Notes under the pieces: model-generated | What the model saw: the letters and a program-made list of their open reading frames with translations, nothing else | Database searches by the model: none | What the model was told of the DNA's origin: nothing | Program-made: the position numbers and the translations under genes | Part shown: in pieces, positions 61,745-64,000 of the stretch | How positions within the stretch are numbered: position 1 is the stretch's first letter | Layout: every line of letters starts with the position of its first letter | Assembly (NCBI GenBank): GCA_051313645.2 | Contig: JBNRSN020000001.1 | Coordinates: forward strand, 544,732,001 to 544,796,000 | DNA length: 64,000 bases | Direction: 5' to 3' | Origin: Centroscyllium fabricii | Lineage: Eukaryota

Positions 61745-64000
61745 AGATGGGAGGGGTGTCGGGGCTTTGGAGGGGGTGTGGAGGGGATTTACTCGAATGG
61801 TGCCAGGGATGAGGGACATCAGTTATGTGGAGAGACTGGAGTTGTTCTCCTCGGAGCAGGGAAGGTTGGGAAGCGGTTTGGTGGAGGTGTTCGGGATCAT
61901 GATAGGTTTAGACAGAGTAAACAAAGAGAAACTGTTTCCAGTGGCAAAAGGAAGGACACAGATTTGAGGTGATTGGCAAAAGAGTCAGAGGTGACACGAG
62001 GAAACATTTTTTTACGCAGCGAGTTGTTGGCTCTGAAAGGCAGGAACTGATAGAAATCAGTATTTGTAGGGAACTGGTGTTAGAGAAATTGATGGGATTG
62101 AAGGCCGATAAATCCCCAGGGTCTGATAATCTACATCCTAGGGTACTTAAGGAAGTGGCCCTCGAAATAGTAGATGCATTGCTGATCATCTTCCAAAATT
62201 CGATAGACTCTGGAACAGTACCCATGGATTGGAGGATAGCTAATGTTACCCCACTATTCAAAAAAGCTGGTAGAGAGAAAACGGGTAATTACAGACCGGT
62301 AAGCCTGACATCGGTAGTGGGGAAAATGCGAGAGTCCATTATAAAAGATGTAACAGCAGAGTATTTGGAAAATAGTGACCGGATCGGACAAAGTCAACAT
62401 GGATTTACAAAAGGTAAATCGTGCTTGACTAATCTAGAATTTTTTGAGGATGGAACTGGTAAAATAGATAAGGGAGAACCAGTGGGTGTGGTGTACTAGG
62501 ACTTTCAAAAGGCTTTCGATAAGGTCCCGCATAAGAGATTAGCGTATAAAATTAAGGCTCATGGGATTGGGGGCAAGGTATTGACTTGGATAGAGAACTG
62601 GTTGGCAGACAGAAAGCAAAGAGTTGAAATAAACGGCTCTTTTTCCGAATGGCAGGCAGTGACTAGTGGGGTGCCGCAGGAATCGGTCCTTGGACCCCAA
62701 CTATTCACAATATATATTAATGATCTGGACAAGGGAACTAAATGTAATAGCTCCAAGTTTGCAGATGACACAAAGCTGGGTGGGCGTGTGTGCAGTGAGG
62801 AGGATGCCGAGAAACTCCAGTATGATTTGGACAGATTGGGTGATATGGCAGAAGCATGGCAGATGCAATATAACGTGGATAAATGTGAGGTTATCCACTT
62901 TGGTATCAAAAAGAAGAAGGCAGAGTATTATCTGAATGGCAATAAATTGGGAGAAGGGGAAGTGCAACGAGACCTGGGCGTCCTGTGCACCAGTCGCTGA
63001 AGGTAAACATGGAGGTGCAGCAGGCGGTTAAGAAGGAAAATGGTATGATGGCCTTCGTAGTGAGAGGGTTTGAGTACAGGAACAAGGATATCTTGCTGCA
63101 GTTGTACAGGACCTTGATGAGACCACATCTTGAGTATTGTGTGCAGCTTTGGTCGCCTTATCTAAGGAAGGATGTTCTTGCCATGGAGGGTGATGTAATA
63201 AATGAGTCTTATACATCAATAACTCTAAAGTAAAGTTTTAATCCACTATATTGTCACTATTTACAAAGGTGGGGTTTACCATGCTTCCAGATGAAGCATT
63301 CACCCCATACTGAGCAGCTCCAGTATTTATACTATCTGGGCACAGGAAGTGACATGTACAGAGTTCACCATTCAACCTTCTCCCGGAAGTTTGTTCAATA
63401 TCACCACAGAGGGGGTGCAGCAAAGATTCATCAGGCTGATACCCGGGATGGTAGAAATGACGTATGAGGAGAGATTGGGCCGATTGGGCTTGTACTCGCT
63501 GGAGTTTAGAAGAATGAGAGGGGATCTCATTGAAACTTATAAAATTCTAACAGGACTGGACAGACTAGATGCAGGAAGGATGTTTCCATTGGTAGGGTAG
63601 TCCAGAACCAGGGGTCACAGTCTAAGGATAAGGGGTAAGCCTTTTAGGACAGAGATGAGGAGGAATTTCTTCACCCAGAGAGTGGTGAACCTGTGGAATT
63701 CTCTACCACAGAAAGCAGTAGAGGCCAATTCATTAAATATATTCAAGAAAGAGTTGGATATATTTCTTAAGGCTAAAGGGATCAAGGGATATGGGGAGAA
63801 GGCAGGAACAGGGTACTGAAATTGAATAATCAGCCATGATTGCATTGAATGGCGGAGCAGGCTTGAGGGGCTGAATGGCCTACTCCTGCTCCTATCTTCT
63901 ATGTTTCTATGTTTCTATGAAATATACTGCCTGAAAGGGTGGTGGAAGCAGATTCAATAGTAACATTCAAAGAGCGTTGGATAAATACTTAAAGGGAAAA
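61745..64000 (+). mobile_element. CR1 fragment with a longer CR1/HER1 copy (~62030-63920) nested inside
   Basis: NYRPVSLTSVVGK, QHGF, GVPQESVLGP, KFADD. The outer CR1 resumes after the (tatgtttc)n tail. Confidence 0.88.
63191..63408 (-). mobile_element. Solo LTR inside CR1
   Basis: TG...CA; TSD GAGGG; related to 21090-21335. Confidence 0.87.

Overview
Eukaryotic, repeat-saturated vertebrate DNA, almost certainly from a cartilaginous fish (HE1/HER1-type SINE and CR1 tails, Deu-domain SINE, Penelope). The window lies inside a + strand myomesin gene, most like MYOM2/M-protein. Four phase-compatible exons (20940-21059, 22413-22551, 22653-22810, 38677-38769) encode the head region and the first Ig domain. 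The introns hold four Mag-like Ty3/Gypsy elements, two CsRn1-like Gypsy elements (one intact, one rearranged), at least 8 solo LTRs, CR1/L2-group LINEs, SINEs, Penelope remnants with hammerhead ribozyme cores, and many MITEs, often nested. Main discovery candidate: the Mag-like lineage has no tRNA primer-binding site. The 11-15 nt just after the 5' LTR are instead the reverse complement of the element's own LTR segment running into the AATAAA(A) signal, and this co-varies between families. All four copies also have a conserved YLDN, not YxDD, RT active site. Together these suggest a non-canonical, self-primed reverse-transcription system. Family names come from motif recognition only; no database search was run.
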